Origin: Mobula birostris
Lineage: Eukaryota
Direction of reading: 5' to 3'
Assembly: GCF_030028105.1 (NCBI RefSeq)
Contig: NC_092374.1
Span: 182,731,487 to 182,795,486, forward strand
DNA length: 64,000 bases
Shown here: positions 1 to 12,689 of the stretch, one piece after another
Layout: each line of letters begins with the position of its first letter
How positions within the stretch are numbered: the stretch's first letter is position 1
The notes under the pieces: generated by a model
What the model was told of the DNA's origin: nothing
The model's input: the letters and a program-made list of their open reading frames with translations, nothing else
Databases searched by the model: none
Program-made: the position numbers and the translations under genes

Positions 1-1618
1 CAGACCACATGCAGGATTATAGGATTAGTATAGATTAGCATCGTCAGCACAGACAGAGTGGTCTGAAAGGCTTGTTCCTGCACTGTTGAGCTCAGTGTGC
101 TGTGTTAAAAGATAGGGAGATGAGAAAACACGGGACTGGGCACTTGATTGTTGATGTGACCTGGATGGTTGACAATGTCTTCTTCTGTGCTGTACATCTC
201 CGTGAAAGAGAGAACAGGACAAGAGAGAAAGAGAATCTGAGAGAAGGGTAAAAAAAGGAGGGCAAGGGATTAAACAGAAAGGGAAAGGAAGTGATGAGAG
301 TGAAGGAGAAATGGAGAACAGGGTTGAGAGGGAAGGACAGGAGAGATGGATGGGAAAAGCTGTTGAGATTGAGAGATGGAGGGTTCAGAATACACATTGG
401 GACATCAATAAGCTTTTTGTCTGAGTAAAATAGAAGGCGGAATACACCAGACTGTGTCATCCTTGTCTGTTGACCTAATGTAGTGATATGATTTCAGTGA
501 CTTGGCCATACATTGGAATGCTCTGCAGCTGTGAATGGCCACCATATCAGAGTGCACAGTGAGACCAGCCCAAAAAAAAGCAGGCAGCAAATAACCCAAA
601 ACATCTGCCACCCCCCCCCCACCCCACTTTAAACTGGACACTTTCAGCAATGAATCAACTTAGTATCAGAGGACAGTGACGCAAATGAAAATTAAAATTA
701 ACATCCAATGTCCCTATTTCATCCCCAGGTGACATAGTCTGGCTATGTACATCTGTACACTCTGACCGGGCTGCCGTCAGTGAATTATCAAGTGCTAAAT
801 TGTTGCTTAAAACACAGAACATGATTAAGCTGAGCTACGAAGGATGGGAAGAATAGAGAACTATGTATTCCTAGTTCTTCCCTGTTTAAATTATTATCCA
901 CCAGAGTTACCTGTGGAAGACCTGACTCTTGCTTCAATTTTGACTGATACCAAGAAGTATGCTAAGGTGGAGATTTGAAGCCCACTGGTATGGAATCTGA
1001 CTAACTGGTACTGTGAAGTACACCGATGTAAGAACCCATTTGGAGAGTATCTGTTACCAAATTAGCTCAAACAGATCCAGGGACACTTTGAGCTGTCCTT
1101 GGATAATATACTTCACAATGACCAAACAGGGAGATTCTGAACCAGCCTACCTCAGTCCACTCTGGAGATTTGGATCTCATTGGCAAGAGCAGCATCCTTA
1201 AATGCCATTGTGAAAGTGGTGGTACATCACTTTCATTAACAGAACAACTTACATCATAATGGAGTGGCTTGCTGGATGATTTCAATATTCAATCACACCA
1301 AGGGATCAGGAGATCGGTACAGATAGCACATTGCATTGATGGGCCCTTGCAATTCAGCTGTTTTGTGGTCACCATTTGATGAGATTCTTGTTACCTTCCC
1401 GATTACTGACTGATCTTCAGCTGTTGAGTGGGATTTGAACTCAGGTCTCTGCATTACTAGCCCAATAACTTAGCTACTGTGTAAGCACAGTGTCCATTAA
1501 TGCAGCACCATATTAGACAAACTTAAATAACCTGCTCACGAACTAAATGTCCCCAAAACAAACCCAAGTAAACTCACACAATACAACCCAACTGGATTTG
1601 AACCAGTTCAGAAATAAA

Positions 1619-1835
1619 CACTAAAGATTTTGCAGATGCTGGAAATCCCGAGGAACACACACAAAATGCCTGAGTAACTCTGCAGGTCAGGCAACATCTG
1701 TGGAAATTAATAAATAGTTGATGTTTCAGGCCAAGACCATTCATTAGGACTCATGATGAAGGGTCTCGGCCCAAAATGTCGACCTTTAATTCATTTCCAT
1801 GGATGCTGCCTGACCTGCTGAGCATTTTGTGTGTG
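1619..1835. mobile_element. Penelope-derived fold-back element
   Basis: Inverted arms meeting at ~1750; flanking direct repeat CAGTTCAGRAATRAA (1604-1618, 1836-1850). Confidence 0.7.
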
Positions 1836-2369
1836 CAGTTCAGGAATGAATCCATCCTACATGATTAGGTCACTTTGCACAGGAAACCTGTTCAAACACA
1901 GTTAATCACTGCTGTTAACTGTTCAAACCTCCCAAATACCACAGGAAACCAATTCAAACACAGCATCTTTCCTATGGTGACCTGTTCTGATGGCTATGGT
2001 AAGAGACTCATCACCCCATGTTAATCTGTAAGTAAACCAGTTCAATCCATCCTAACTCCATATGCTTCCCACATCAAGACTATAGCCAATTCCATTAAAA
2101 TGAGAGCTTGGTATCAGGAAGAAAAACTTCACCAAATGGGAGGGGTTCCGTCAGTCTGACTCTGATGTGTGCCTGAGGAAAGGCTCATGCAAGTCTGTAT
2201 GGGTTATGATGAAGCAAAGGGTATCGTGGGGTATGTATGGACCAGCTCTACTCTCTACGCGGTGCACTTACACAGGAGATGTCCATGCTGAGGGTGCAGG
2301 CTGAAAGGTGAAAGGTTCACTTGTATTCAAGGTCAGTAACTCCAAAGGCAAACACGTTCAACAGGAAGA

Positions 2370-2568
2370 CTTTACACACACATACTGTTTACACACAAAC
2401 ACGCGCACATACACACATACATACATGCATAAGCTGTACTGTATGCACACATGTAAACACACATATACATACACTCTCACACAGGTGTACACATACACTT
2501 GCACATAAACATTCATAGAGAGATGAACACACATATATACTGTATACATACATAAAAACACACATTCA

Positions 2569-2621
<53 letters not shown>

Positions 2622-2945
2622 CTGCAGCCACCTAATTTTGCATGTGTACACACATATCATCCACACACTTTTACATAAATGTTTGAACAGACACGAAGTT
2701 CTTATACTGCACAAGCACATTTATGTCAGATGCTGCACGGGTGCACACAAACCCACACTCCCAAATTTTGCTCACATCAAAGTTCATATCTCACACACTG
2801 ATTAACAAAACTCCATGTGCACATTGACATACACCGGGCAGGCTGGTTGCACACTTGTAGTCCCATTCCTGCACACGTGTGTCCACACATGCGCATACTT
2901 CCCACACGGAGACGTGTGGACATGTGCAAGTACACAGACACTTAA
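2370..2945. repeat. CA-rich low-complexity tract with a perfect (CA)n microsatellite at ~2571-2616
   Basis: Seen directly. Confidence 0.9.
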
Positions 2946-4340
2946 GTGCCCAGATGTAAAGGGGCTGGCCAGCTGTGAAATAAACAGTTGTGTCATTCAC
3001 CATTATTTACATTGAGAAAAATAGAAGACATGCAATTTCCACTGGGTTTTATCCCACATTCCAACCTCAGTTGTGATGGGAGAGCCAGCCGGGCTCCTAT
3101 CATCTCACAGGAAAATGACCAGAAATCCAGTGCAAATTTTGGTAATGAATTTACTCCAGTGAAAGTATCCAGCAGCCTTCTATGGACACACACTCAGAGA
3201 GGCCAACACAGACCACTGAAGGCAGCACCAAAGAGATGGTGGGAGATAGAGATGCACTGGTTGAGCCATGGCCCTCTATTAAAGACAAGGGTTGCCATCT
3301 GTGGTTTGATGCATCCCTGAGGGTTCCACTGCGTGATCACCAACCTCAATGCAGTAACCCGAAAACCAATTAGAAAAGGGAAACAGTCCTTGAAGGCCCA
3401 AATGCATCCAATATGACTGTGGGGAAAAACACTTCCCGCTGTCCATATTTAGCTTCCCCCCACAAAAAAAAGTAAAACGTTCCAGACTTCTATGAGACTT
3501 CCTCTTAGAAAGTACAATATTAATTTCTCTGTGCCAGAGATTCAACTTTGCTGGCCACTGTAAATATGGTTTGGGCAGGAGATGTTCATGGAAAATTAAC
3601 GGTGTATAAAGGAAGTGGGAAATGGCTCCAAGTTAGTGAAGTGTGCTGGGATGCAAAGGCGAGTGACCTATAGAAATAAACCAAGACGCCGAGCTGGAAG
3701 TAAAATCGCAGTGAGTATTGGGTCAGGGTGCCCCAGAGGAATGTAGAGAACAACCCCTTTGCATGCATGAGCAAACTCATCTGGAGGGCACATTAAAATC
3801 CAACACCTCAACTTGGGACCACCTGCACAGACCCTTCGGACCATGAATAAGGGTTGACATGGAGAAGATATCTCCATCTGGTAGACTCCAAAACTAGAAC
3901 ATGAAGAAATAAGACAATCAGTTATAAATCCAAGAGAAATAATGGAGAAGGTTTTCACCCTAGGGAATGGAGAGGAGTTGGAGATGGCCACAACATGGTG
4001 AATTTAGGGAGCATCAAGATAAGCAATGAGGGCAAACAATTAGAGGAAGATTGAGTGAGAGAAAGTACCTAACCTGAGTGTTAGTAAAGGGCTTGTATCA
4101 TAAGAATGGACTAGATGGGCGAATGACCCATTTAATGCAACCCTACAACTCTCCAAAGGAATCCAAAGACAAAATCTGATGTCTGTCAACATGAAGAAGA
4201 ATGTTGTTAATATGGGTGGTTAATGCAGTTGCCAACCACTGGTGATATATATGCTTGCCTTGTTTCAGAATCGCCAGTTACAAATGGTGAGTTGCCGTCC
4301 CATGTATCAATACTCGAGTACGTTCTTCGCAAAAACTTGC

Positions 4341-4436
4341 CTTGAGTTTAAGCATATTTGCCTCCTCTTCATTCTGACTCCTGAAAACCTCTTCCATCTG
4401 TTGCTGCAGGAAGCTGAGTGATTTTTCCAGTTTATC
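4341..4436 (-). CDS. Candidate 96-nt phase-0 coiled-coil exon (DKLEKSLSFLQQQMEEVFRSQNEEEANMLKLK), TRIM-family-like
   Basis: Minus strand: strong acceptor tttcttttcAG, exactly 96 nt of open coiled-coil-like codons, then AAG|GCAAGT (consensus GC donor). A 96-nt phase-0 exon after the B-box is typical of PRY-SPRY TRIM genes. No RING/B-box or SPRY exon was recognised in the window. Confidence 0.5.
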
Positions 4437-4719
4437 CTGAAAAGAAATTTACAACTGATTGCAAAGCAGGTCTCAAAAAGTCTGAGTGTATATGCATCAG
4501 TGTGCAGGAAGTACGTAAAACTCAATAGGCTGTTGAAACACAAGAACGCATTCCCACTTAAAACATCCCAGCATTATCTACAATCTGCGCTACTCATCTC
4601 AAAGCAACATGAAGAGGCCTTTTCACACTTCGGGTCTGTGCTAGGTCCTGGGGTAGCATTCTCTTGACAGTAAAACTCCAATAACCTGGCTCCCTTGAGA
4701 CACTGAGTGCTCGAGCATC

Positions 4720-5445
4720 CTGTGGTCGTAGATGTTCAATCATGGCTGATTTATTTTCCCTTTCAACCCCATTCTTCTGCCTTCTCCCCATAACCTTTGA
4801 TGCCCTCACTAATCGAGAACCTATCAACCTCCACTTTGAACAAAGTGGCAATGACTTTCACAGATCTACCCTCCTTTAGCTAACAAATTTCATCTTCATT
4901 CTTCTATTCTGAGACTCTTCCAATTTCCAATTTCCAACCAATTTTCCCCGCGATCAATAAAGTATGACTCTGACTATGACTATGACTTCCCTCTGGTCCA
5001 AGATTCTCCCACAATCAAAAACATCCTCTTCATGGCCACCCTATCCAGTCCCTTCAATATACCATAGGTTTCATTCTTTGAAACTCCAATGTGTACAAGC
5101 CCAGAGCCATCAAATGCTCCTCATACATTAACCCTTTTAATCCCAAGATCATTCTTGTAAACCTCTGGATGCTTTCTCATGCCAGCACATCCTTCCTTTG
5201 ATATGAGATCCAAAACTGCACACGATATTCCAAAACTGGTCCAACCTAATTGTTTTTACATTCTAGTCATTGCATTTGCCTTCCTTACTACTGAATGAAC
5301 CTGCAAGTTTAACTTTAGGGTATCCTGCACTAAGACTCCAAAGTCATTTTGCACCTCTAATTTCCAAATCCACTCCCTGGTAAGAAAATATTCTATGCAT
5401 TTTTCTCCTTCTACCACCAAGTGCATGACAATAAACTTCCTCACT
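4720..5445 (-). mobile_element. Degenerate CR1 3' fragment
   Basis: ORF 5256..5444 (GVLVQDTLKLNLQV.SVVRKANAM). Confidence 0.8.
4921..4987 (+). mobile_element. Rex/Babar 3' tail fragment inside a CR1 remnant
   Basis: GATCAATAAAGTATGAC(TATGAC)n, same tail as the element at 34554. Confidence 0.6.
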
Positions 5446-6589
5446 AACGTCTTCTACAGCTGTAACGTGGTGTCCCAACTTTCGAACTCCTACACTAGTG
5501 TGGAGTGTCGGGCTGATGTAAAGGGCTTCATATAGAAAATATCTCGCTGTCAGAGAGCTCCCTACTGCCTGTGCAGCCAGTCTTCCTTCTCCTGCTCTTG
5601 TCATCCCTCAACCTTGCACCTTAATTCCTGTGGACTTTGGCTTGTTCTCCAGTACCGGGGAGCCTCCCTGGACATCCTCAGACTGACATAAAGAAAGGGC
5701 ACTTGTCCCCAAGCCTCCCCCACCATTCAATAGATCCTGGCTGATCTACACTGGCCTCAACCTCCTCCTACACCATTATCCTCAAATCATCAATTTGTCA
5801 GATATGTATCTTACATACACCACATTAAATATATCCAATAATTTAGCCTCTACCACTTTAATGGGCAGTGAATTACTAGGATTCACCATCATTTTAAAAG
5901 AAGAAATGTCTATGGTTGAAAAAAGATCTTCAATCTCAATTTCAGAAGACTCTGGTTTTATCACATGAATCTGATGCTGTTGGAGTTCTCGATGGTCTAG
6001 TGCTCAGGAGGTGCCTGGAGTGAGGCAAGTGCTTACCTTCTCCAGGATTCTGGCTGAACAGTTTGGGTCTGTATTCTTTGATGTTTAGAAGAATAAGAGG
6101 TGACCTTATGCAACATACACAGTCCTGGAGGGGAGCTGACAGGGTAGATTCTGAAGTGTTTCCATTGGCTGGAGAGTCTCAGATGAAGAGGACATAGTTA
6201 CAAGATAAGAGGCAATCAATTAAAAACACAGCTCTTTCCATTAAAAGCAACAGCCTCTCCTCTGTGGACTCTGTCTACACCACTTGCTGCCTGGGTAAGA
6301 CAGCTGACAAAATCAAAGGCCCCACCAACACTGGGCATTCTCTCTTCTCCCCCATTCCCCATCAGCCAGAAGATAACAAAAGCCTGAAAATACAGGCTTG
6401 TACTACTACACTCCTAACTCCAAGCTCAAGGACAGCTTCTATCCCATTTTGAAATAGGGATTGCTGAACAAGTTTTGTGTTCTATTTTGCACAGAGAGCA
6501 ATAGGTACCTGGAATGCACTTCCAGGAGTAGTGGTGGAGCCAAATGCGACAGAGGCATTTAAGTGGATCTTAAGTAGGCATATTGATAT

Positions 6590-6751
6590 GCAGAGAATGG
6601 AGGCATATGGACATTATGTAGGCATAGAATGGAAGCATATGGACATTGTGTAGGCAGAGAATAGAGGCACATGAGCATTGTGCAGGCAGAGAATGTAGCT
6701 ACATGGACATTGTGTAGGCAGAAAATGGAGACATTCAGACATTGTGTAGGC
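6590..6751. repeat. 32-bp minisatellite, ~5 copies
   Basis: Unit ~GCAGAGAATGGAGGCATATGGACATTGTGTAG, lying within a CR1 3'UTR remnant. Confidence 0.88.
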
Positions 6752-6794
6752 TGAATTGAAAGGTTTAGTTAGGTGTATAATTTTTTTAATAGGC

Positions 6795-7093
6795 ATCCGT
6801 TAGTCTCGTGAGACCATGGATTTGTGCCTTGGAAGGTTTCCAGGGCGCAGGCCTGGGCAAGGTTGTATGGAAGACTGGCAGATGCCCATGCTGCAAGTCT
6901 CCCCTCTCCACGCCACCAATGTTGTCCAAGGGAAGGGCACTAGGGCCAATACAGCTTGGCACTGGTGTCGTCGCAGAACAATGTGTGATTAAGTGCCTTG
7001 CTCAAGGACACAATACGTTGCCTCAGCTTAGGCTTGAACTAGTGACCTTTAGATCACTAGACCGACACCTTAACCACTTGGCCACGCGCCAAC
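6795..7093 (-). mobile_element. tRNA-derived SINE
   Basis: Minus strand begins GTTGGCGCGTGGCCAAGTGG (A box) .. GTTCAAGCC (B box) .. GTGTCCTTGAGCAAGGCACTT. Its 3' part resembles 38107-38270. Confidence 0.75.
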
Positions 7094-8058
7094 ACAAGTG
7101 CATAATTACTAGTTTAATTAGTTCAGCACTACACCGTTGACCCAAAGGCCTGTTCCTGTGCTGTTCCTATGTTCTAAGACATTTGAGTAGATATTTTGTT
7201 TGTTAACGATGAACTTTTGAACTCACAACCTACTTTGTTATGGCCTTACACCTTATTGTCTGACTGCATTGCACTGTTTCTGTGGCACTTTATTTTGCAA
7301 TGCATTATTCTTTTTTCTTGTACTACTTCAATGCAATATTGGAATGAAATGATCTGTACAGATAGCGTATAAAACAGTTCGTTATTCTACCTTGGTACCT
7401 GTGACAATAATAAACCAATTCCATTTCCAGAACCGAAGTCTGTAAGGACTTCTTAAAGAAGTGCTTTAGTGTCTGAACCATGGAGAAAGTCTCCGCTTCA
7501 TAGTGTTGTCCAACATCGAAACAGAATCTCATCCATCTTAATCATCTATGCCAAACTCATTCACATGCACTTCATCTTTTTCTGTCCAAATGCCTTTTAA
7601 ATGTTGTACATATCATGCCCTCCGGCCGCTCATTCCTGACAATCAGCATATTCTGTGTGAAAGATATACCCTTCAATCTTCTCCCCTCTCACCTTAAACC
7701 TGTGCCCTCTAGTTTTAAACTCCTTCAAACCCAGTCTATCCAAACTCCTTTTGCAACTAAATTCTAGGCAACAGCCTGGTGAATTTCTTCCGGAGTCTTT
7801 CTAACATTACTACATCCTTCCAGAATGCTTCAAGTGGAGCCTGACCAATGTTTTGTACAGATACAGCATGATGTCCTGACTCTTGTGCTCAGTACCTCGA
7901 TCTACGAAGGCAAGCATGATAGAGCAGGGCTCATTGGTGAGGCATCAGGGCAGGCACACTGCACCGATCAGATTCTGCAGCCATGTCCTAGATCTCTGAT
8001 GTCTGGCTTCAACAACCCTTTGCATAAAGTATGACTCCCAGTGATGGCCAAAATTAAC

Positions 8059-10278
8059 ATAGAAACACAGAAAATAGGTGCAGGAGTAGGCCATTCGGCC
8101 CTTTGAGCCTGCACCGCCATTTATTATGATCATAGCTGATCATCCAACTCAGAACCCCGCCCCAGCCTTCCCTCCATACCCCCTGATCCCCGTAGCCACA
8201 AGGGCCATATCTAACTCCCTCTTAAATATAGCCAATGTACTGGCCTCAACTGCTTCCTGTGGCAGAGAATTCCACAGATTCACCACTCTCTGGGTGAAGA
8301 AGTTTTTCCTAATCTCGGTCCTAAAAGGCTTCCCCTTTATCCTCAAACTGTGACCCCTTGTTCTGGACTTCCCCAACATCGGGAACAATCTTCCTGCATC
8401 TAGCCTGTCCAATCCCTTTAGGATTTTATACGTTTCAATCAGATCCCCCCTCAATCTTCTAAATTCCAACAAGTACAAGCCCAGTTCATCCAGTCTTTCT
8501 TCATATGAAAGTCCTGCCATCCCAGGAATCAATTTGGTGAACCTTCTTTGTATTCCCTCTATGGCAAGGATGTCTTTCCTCAGATTAGGGGACCAAAACT
8601 GCACACAATACTCCAGGTGTGGTCTCACCAAGGCCTTGTACAACTGCAGTAGTACCTCCCTGCTCCTGTACTCAAATCCTCTCGCTATAAGTGCCAGCAT
8701 ACCATTCGCCTTTTTCACCGCCTGCTGTACTTGCATGCCCACTTTCAATGACTGGTGTATAATGACACCCAGGTCTCGTTACACCTCCCCTTTTCCTAAT
8801 CGGCCACCATTCAGATAATAATCTGTTTTCCTATTTTTGCTACCAAACTGGATAACTTCACATTTATCCACATTAAATTGCATCTGCCATGAATTTGCCC
8901 ACTCACCCAACCTATCCAAGTCACCCTGCATCCTCTTAGCATCCTCCTCACAGCTAACACTGCCACCCAGCTTCGTGTCATCCGCAAACTTGGAGATGCT
9001 GCATTTAATTCCCTCATCCAAGTCATTAATATATATTGTAAACAACTGGGGTCCCAGCACTGAGCCTTGCGGTACCCCACTAGTCACCGCCTGCCATTCT
9101 GAAAAGGTCCCCTTTATTCCCACTCTTTGCTTCCTGTCTGCTAACCAATTCTCCATCCACATCAATACCTTACCCCCAATATTGTGTGCTTTAAGTTTGC
9201 ACACTAATCTCCTGTGTGGGACCTTGTCAAAAGCCTTTTGAAAATCCAAATATACCACATCCACTGGTTCTCCCCTATCCACTCTACTAGTTACATCCCC
9301 AAAAAATTCAATGAGATTCGTCAGACATGATTTTCCCTTCACAAATCCATGCTGACTTTGTCCGATGATTTCACCGCTTTCCAAATGTGCTGTTATCACA
9401 TCTTTGATAACTGACTCCAGCAGTTTCCCCACCACCGACGTTAGGCTAACCGGTCTATAATTCCCCGGTTTCTCTCTCCCTCCTTTTTTAAAAAGTGGGG
9501 TTACATTAGCCACCCTCCAATCCTCAGGAACTAGTCCAGAATCTAACAAGTTTTGAAAAATTATCGCTAATGCATCCACTATTTCTTGGGCTACTTCCTT
9601 AAGCACTCTAGGATGCAGACCATCTGGCCCTGGGGATTTATCTGCCTTCAATCCCTTCAATTTACCTAACACCACTTCCCTACTAACATGTATTTCGCTC
9701 AGTTCCTCCATCTCACTGGACCCTCTGTCCCCTACTATTTCTGGAAGATTATTTATGTCCTCCTTAGTGAAGACAGAACGAAAGTAATTATTCAATTGGT
9801 CTGCCATGTCCTTGCTCCCCATAATCAATTCACCTGTTTCTGTCTGTAGGGGACCTACATTTGTCTTTACCAGTCTTTTCCTTTTTACATACCTATAAAA
9901 GCTTTTACAGTCAGTTTTTATGTTCCCTGCCAGTTTTCTCTCATAATCTTTTTTCCCCTTCCTAATTAAGCCCTTTGTCCTCCTCTGCTGAACTCTGAAT
10001 TTCTCCCAATCCTCAGGTGAGCCACTTTCTCTGGCTAATTTGTATGCTGCTTCTTTGGAATTGATACTATCCCTAATTTCTCTTGTCAGCCACGGGTGCA
10101 CTACCTTCCTTGATTTATTCTTTTGCCAAACTGGGATGAACAATTGTTGTAGTTCATCCATGCAACCTTTAAATGCTTGCCATTGCATATCCACCGTCAA
10201 TCCTTTAAGTGTCATTTGCCAGTCTATCTTAGCTAATTCACGTCTCATACCTTCAAAGTTGCCCCTCTTTAAGTTCAG
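8059..10278 (-). mobile_element. Young 5'-truncated CR1 LINE (ORF2 RT and C-terminus)
   Basis: ORFs 8779..10248 and 8149..8748 are in the same frame separated by one stop. RT motifs [24 protein letters not shown]; GTTTCTAT-type tail; 9-bp TSD AAAATTAAC at 8050-8058 and 10279-10287. Confidence 0.95.
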
Positions 10279-11679
10279 AAAATTAACTCCCTAAGGGGGC
10301 AGAGGAGGCTGCAGCTGCTGGAAACTGGAGCAACGAACAATCCTCTGAAGGAGCTTGGTGGTATGAGCAGTGTCTTTAGGCGGAAAGGGAACTGTCAATG
10401 TTTCAGGACAAAACCCTGCATCAGGACTGGTAGATAATTCCCACTGGTGAGTTTTACGAGGGCTCCTTGGCTGCACAGTTAGTGACATATTTGAATAACA
10501 TCAGTCAATCCACTGCACTTTGTAATTCAATTTATTATCCAGTTGAGACTGTAAAAAATGGCCCTGGCAGAAACTAGAGCATCAGTGGGCAGATCTTCAT
10601 TATCTTCATATGTACATCGAAACATTCAGTAAAATGCGGCATTTGTGTTAATGACCAATACAGTCCGAGTATGTGCTGTGTTGTCATGCTTCTGGCACCG
10701 ATGCCCACAACTTACAAACCTTAACCTGAACATCCTTGAAATGTGGGAGGAAACTGGGGCAGCCTGAGAAACCCACATGGTCACGGGGAGAACACAAAAC
10801 TCCTCACAGACAATGGCAGGAATTGAATCCGGTTTGCTTGCATTATACTAATCACAGTGCTAGTGCTTGCTGCCAGCGGAAAGGTTGGTGCAATGATTTA
10901 CAAATAACTTGATTAAAAAATTAATTTTTGGGGGCTCTACATGCCGAGTTATCCCATTACCCAGTGCTCCTGGTGTCTCTGCTCCAGGAGCTGCCAGTAT
11001 CAGCTGATCTTCTACCCATTTCTGGTGTTGCCCAGCGCTTATGGCTCTGTCTGACACTCCTAGTGGTCACATCCGGGTCTGTCTATCTGGGTGACTGGGA
11101 ATTTTGGTGTTGTGTGCCCAAATCTTTGAGCTCCTAGAGCCCACCACTTCCAGATTCTGTCACTTCCACAGCATGCCATTCCTGGTGTCCATCACTCCCA
11201 GAGTCTGCCACTGTTGGTGTCTAACATTCCCAGCGTCCTCAACTCCCAAACACGGTGATCTCCTTACCCCAGACTTCCACTGCCCATACTTCTGGTGTCC
11301 ACCCATCCCAGTACATTGGACTCCAAGGCAATTCACACTGCCTGTCACTTGTGGTTATGTGGGCTCCCAGTGCCTTCTGCTCCAAGTCCGGGAATCCCCA
11401 GTGCTGAGAGTTTTCCTTACCCCTCCCAATGTCCTGGTGAGCAGGATTCCCAAAGCTCAGACAGGGTCTCAGAGAGCCCCAGTGTTGGGGCCTCTGTTAT
11501 CTATTGCTTATGGAGCCCAGCAGTCTAGATCTCGACCTGTCCCTCTCAGTGCCCTGGGATTCTTGGATGCGTAGACTCCCAGTGTCTGCCGCTCCTGGAG
11601 TCTCAGTGCCTGGACCTCCCGCTCATATCCAGGACCCTTGGTTTCCGGGACTCCTAGTGCTGGAGGCTGCTGTCATCCG

Positions 11680-12230
11680 ACGTTCCCAGTACCCGGGATT
11701 CCCGGAGCCCAGTCTGGGTCTCCGATTCCAGGGGCTCCTAGTAACCGTTACTTGGCCCCGCACACCGTCCCGTGGATTGGATCCCCTCCCGTGACTCCTG
11801 CAGTTCGCTCTCCGGAACGGGACCCCCGCGGACCCGGACCTCGCCTCGCCAGGTTCTCCGGACACTCGGACCACCCGGATCTACTGCCGCTCTCCCGCTC
11901 GGTGCCGGCTGGGGGCGCTGCCCTGTCCTCCCGCTGCCCTAATTCGGAGCGGGAGCCTCGGCCGCCGCCAGGCGCAGCCTCCGCCTGCCGTGAGTATCTC
12001 AGGGCTCGCCGCCCCCTACCGCGAGTACCGCCCCGCCCGGTCCCTCCATCTCCCGCCGCCTCCTGAGGCCTGGACTGAAGCCTCGGTCTCTGGTAGCAGC
12101 CCTTGCCCGAGTTGTAGCACCGTGTGTGGGCCTGAGACCGGGCTGCTGGTCGCGGCTTAACAGGCCCGGTCCTCCGCTCCCCTTCCCCGGGCACTGCCGG
12201 AAGGAATCACCGTGGGCCAGAGCGACTCTC
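11680..12230 (+). promoter_or_regulatory. CpG island / probable promoter and non-coding first exon of the ZBTB22-like gene
   Basis: CpG-dense and GC-rich. Inverted CCAAT (GATTGG, 11775), CTCF-like CCGGCTGGGGGCGCT (~11905-11919), GC box CCCCGCCC (12031), ETS CCGGAAG (12197), splice donor GCC|GTGAGT at 11990. Confidence 0.65.
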
Positions 12231-12284
12231 TAGGGGCTGAGGATGACAGAGGCCGGGAGAGAGATGGAGGGATGATTAGGTTTA

Positions 12285-12620
12285 GTCGTGCTGTGCATGG
12301 ATGTGTGCGTGTGCTACACGGTTGTTGTGGTGGTGGTGGTGGTGGTGGTGCTGCTGCTGCTGGGGGGTGGGGGGCGTGTGGTCTGCATGCATTTGTGAAC
12401 CCATATGTTTGTAATGCCTGTGTAGAAATACAGACGCTGGTGTGAAGGACAATGTGTATGGTAAAGGAAGTGTATGTGTGTGCACACGTTTACTTACAAG
12501 TATATAGTGTGTCTGCATATTCAGGTTTGTCTGTGTAAATAAATATGTATGTACTACACGTGTTAATGTGTATGTGTGCAAATGTATATGTTAATGTCTA
12601 CATTCGTGTGTATACACTGT
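12285..12620. repeat. GT-rich purine-pyrimidine tract with (GGT)n and (GCT)n runs
   Basis: Seen directly, just downstream of CpG island 1. Confidence 0.8.
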
Positions 12621-12689
12621 AATTAAATGAGTGTCTGCCTAAGTAAGTGCTTACCTCTCAAATCACAGCACTATTATCAGCTGCCTTAT

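Noticed and set aside
2308-3015. ORFs rich in H/T/Y or C/V
   Set aside because: Translations of CA/GT low-complexity DNA.
5344-5604. Minus ORF ending GHHVTAVEDVSEEVY, superficially like a TRIM B-box tail
   Set aside because: No B-box Cys/His spacing, and the EEVY part comes from the adjoining CR1 remnant.
7020-7093. tRNA gene
   Set aside because: The A and B boxes belong to a SINE head that continues into a SINE body; no complete cloverleaf or terminator seen.
11504-12194. Several Pro/Arg/Gly-rich ORFs over CpG island 1 (likewise 40155-41183)
   Set aside because: Expected from the scarcity of stop codons in GC-rich DNA; no recognisable protein.
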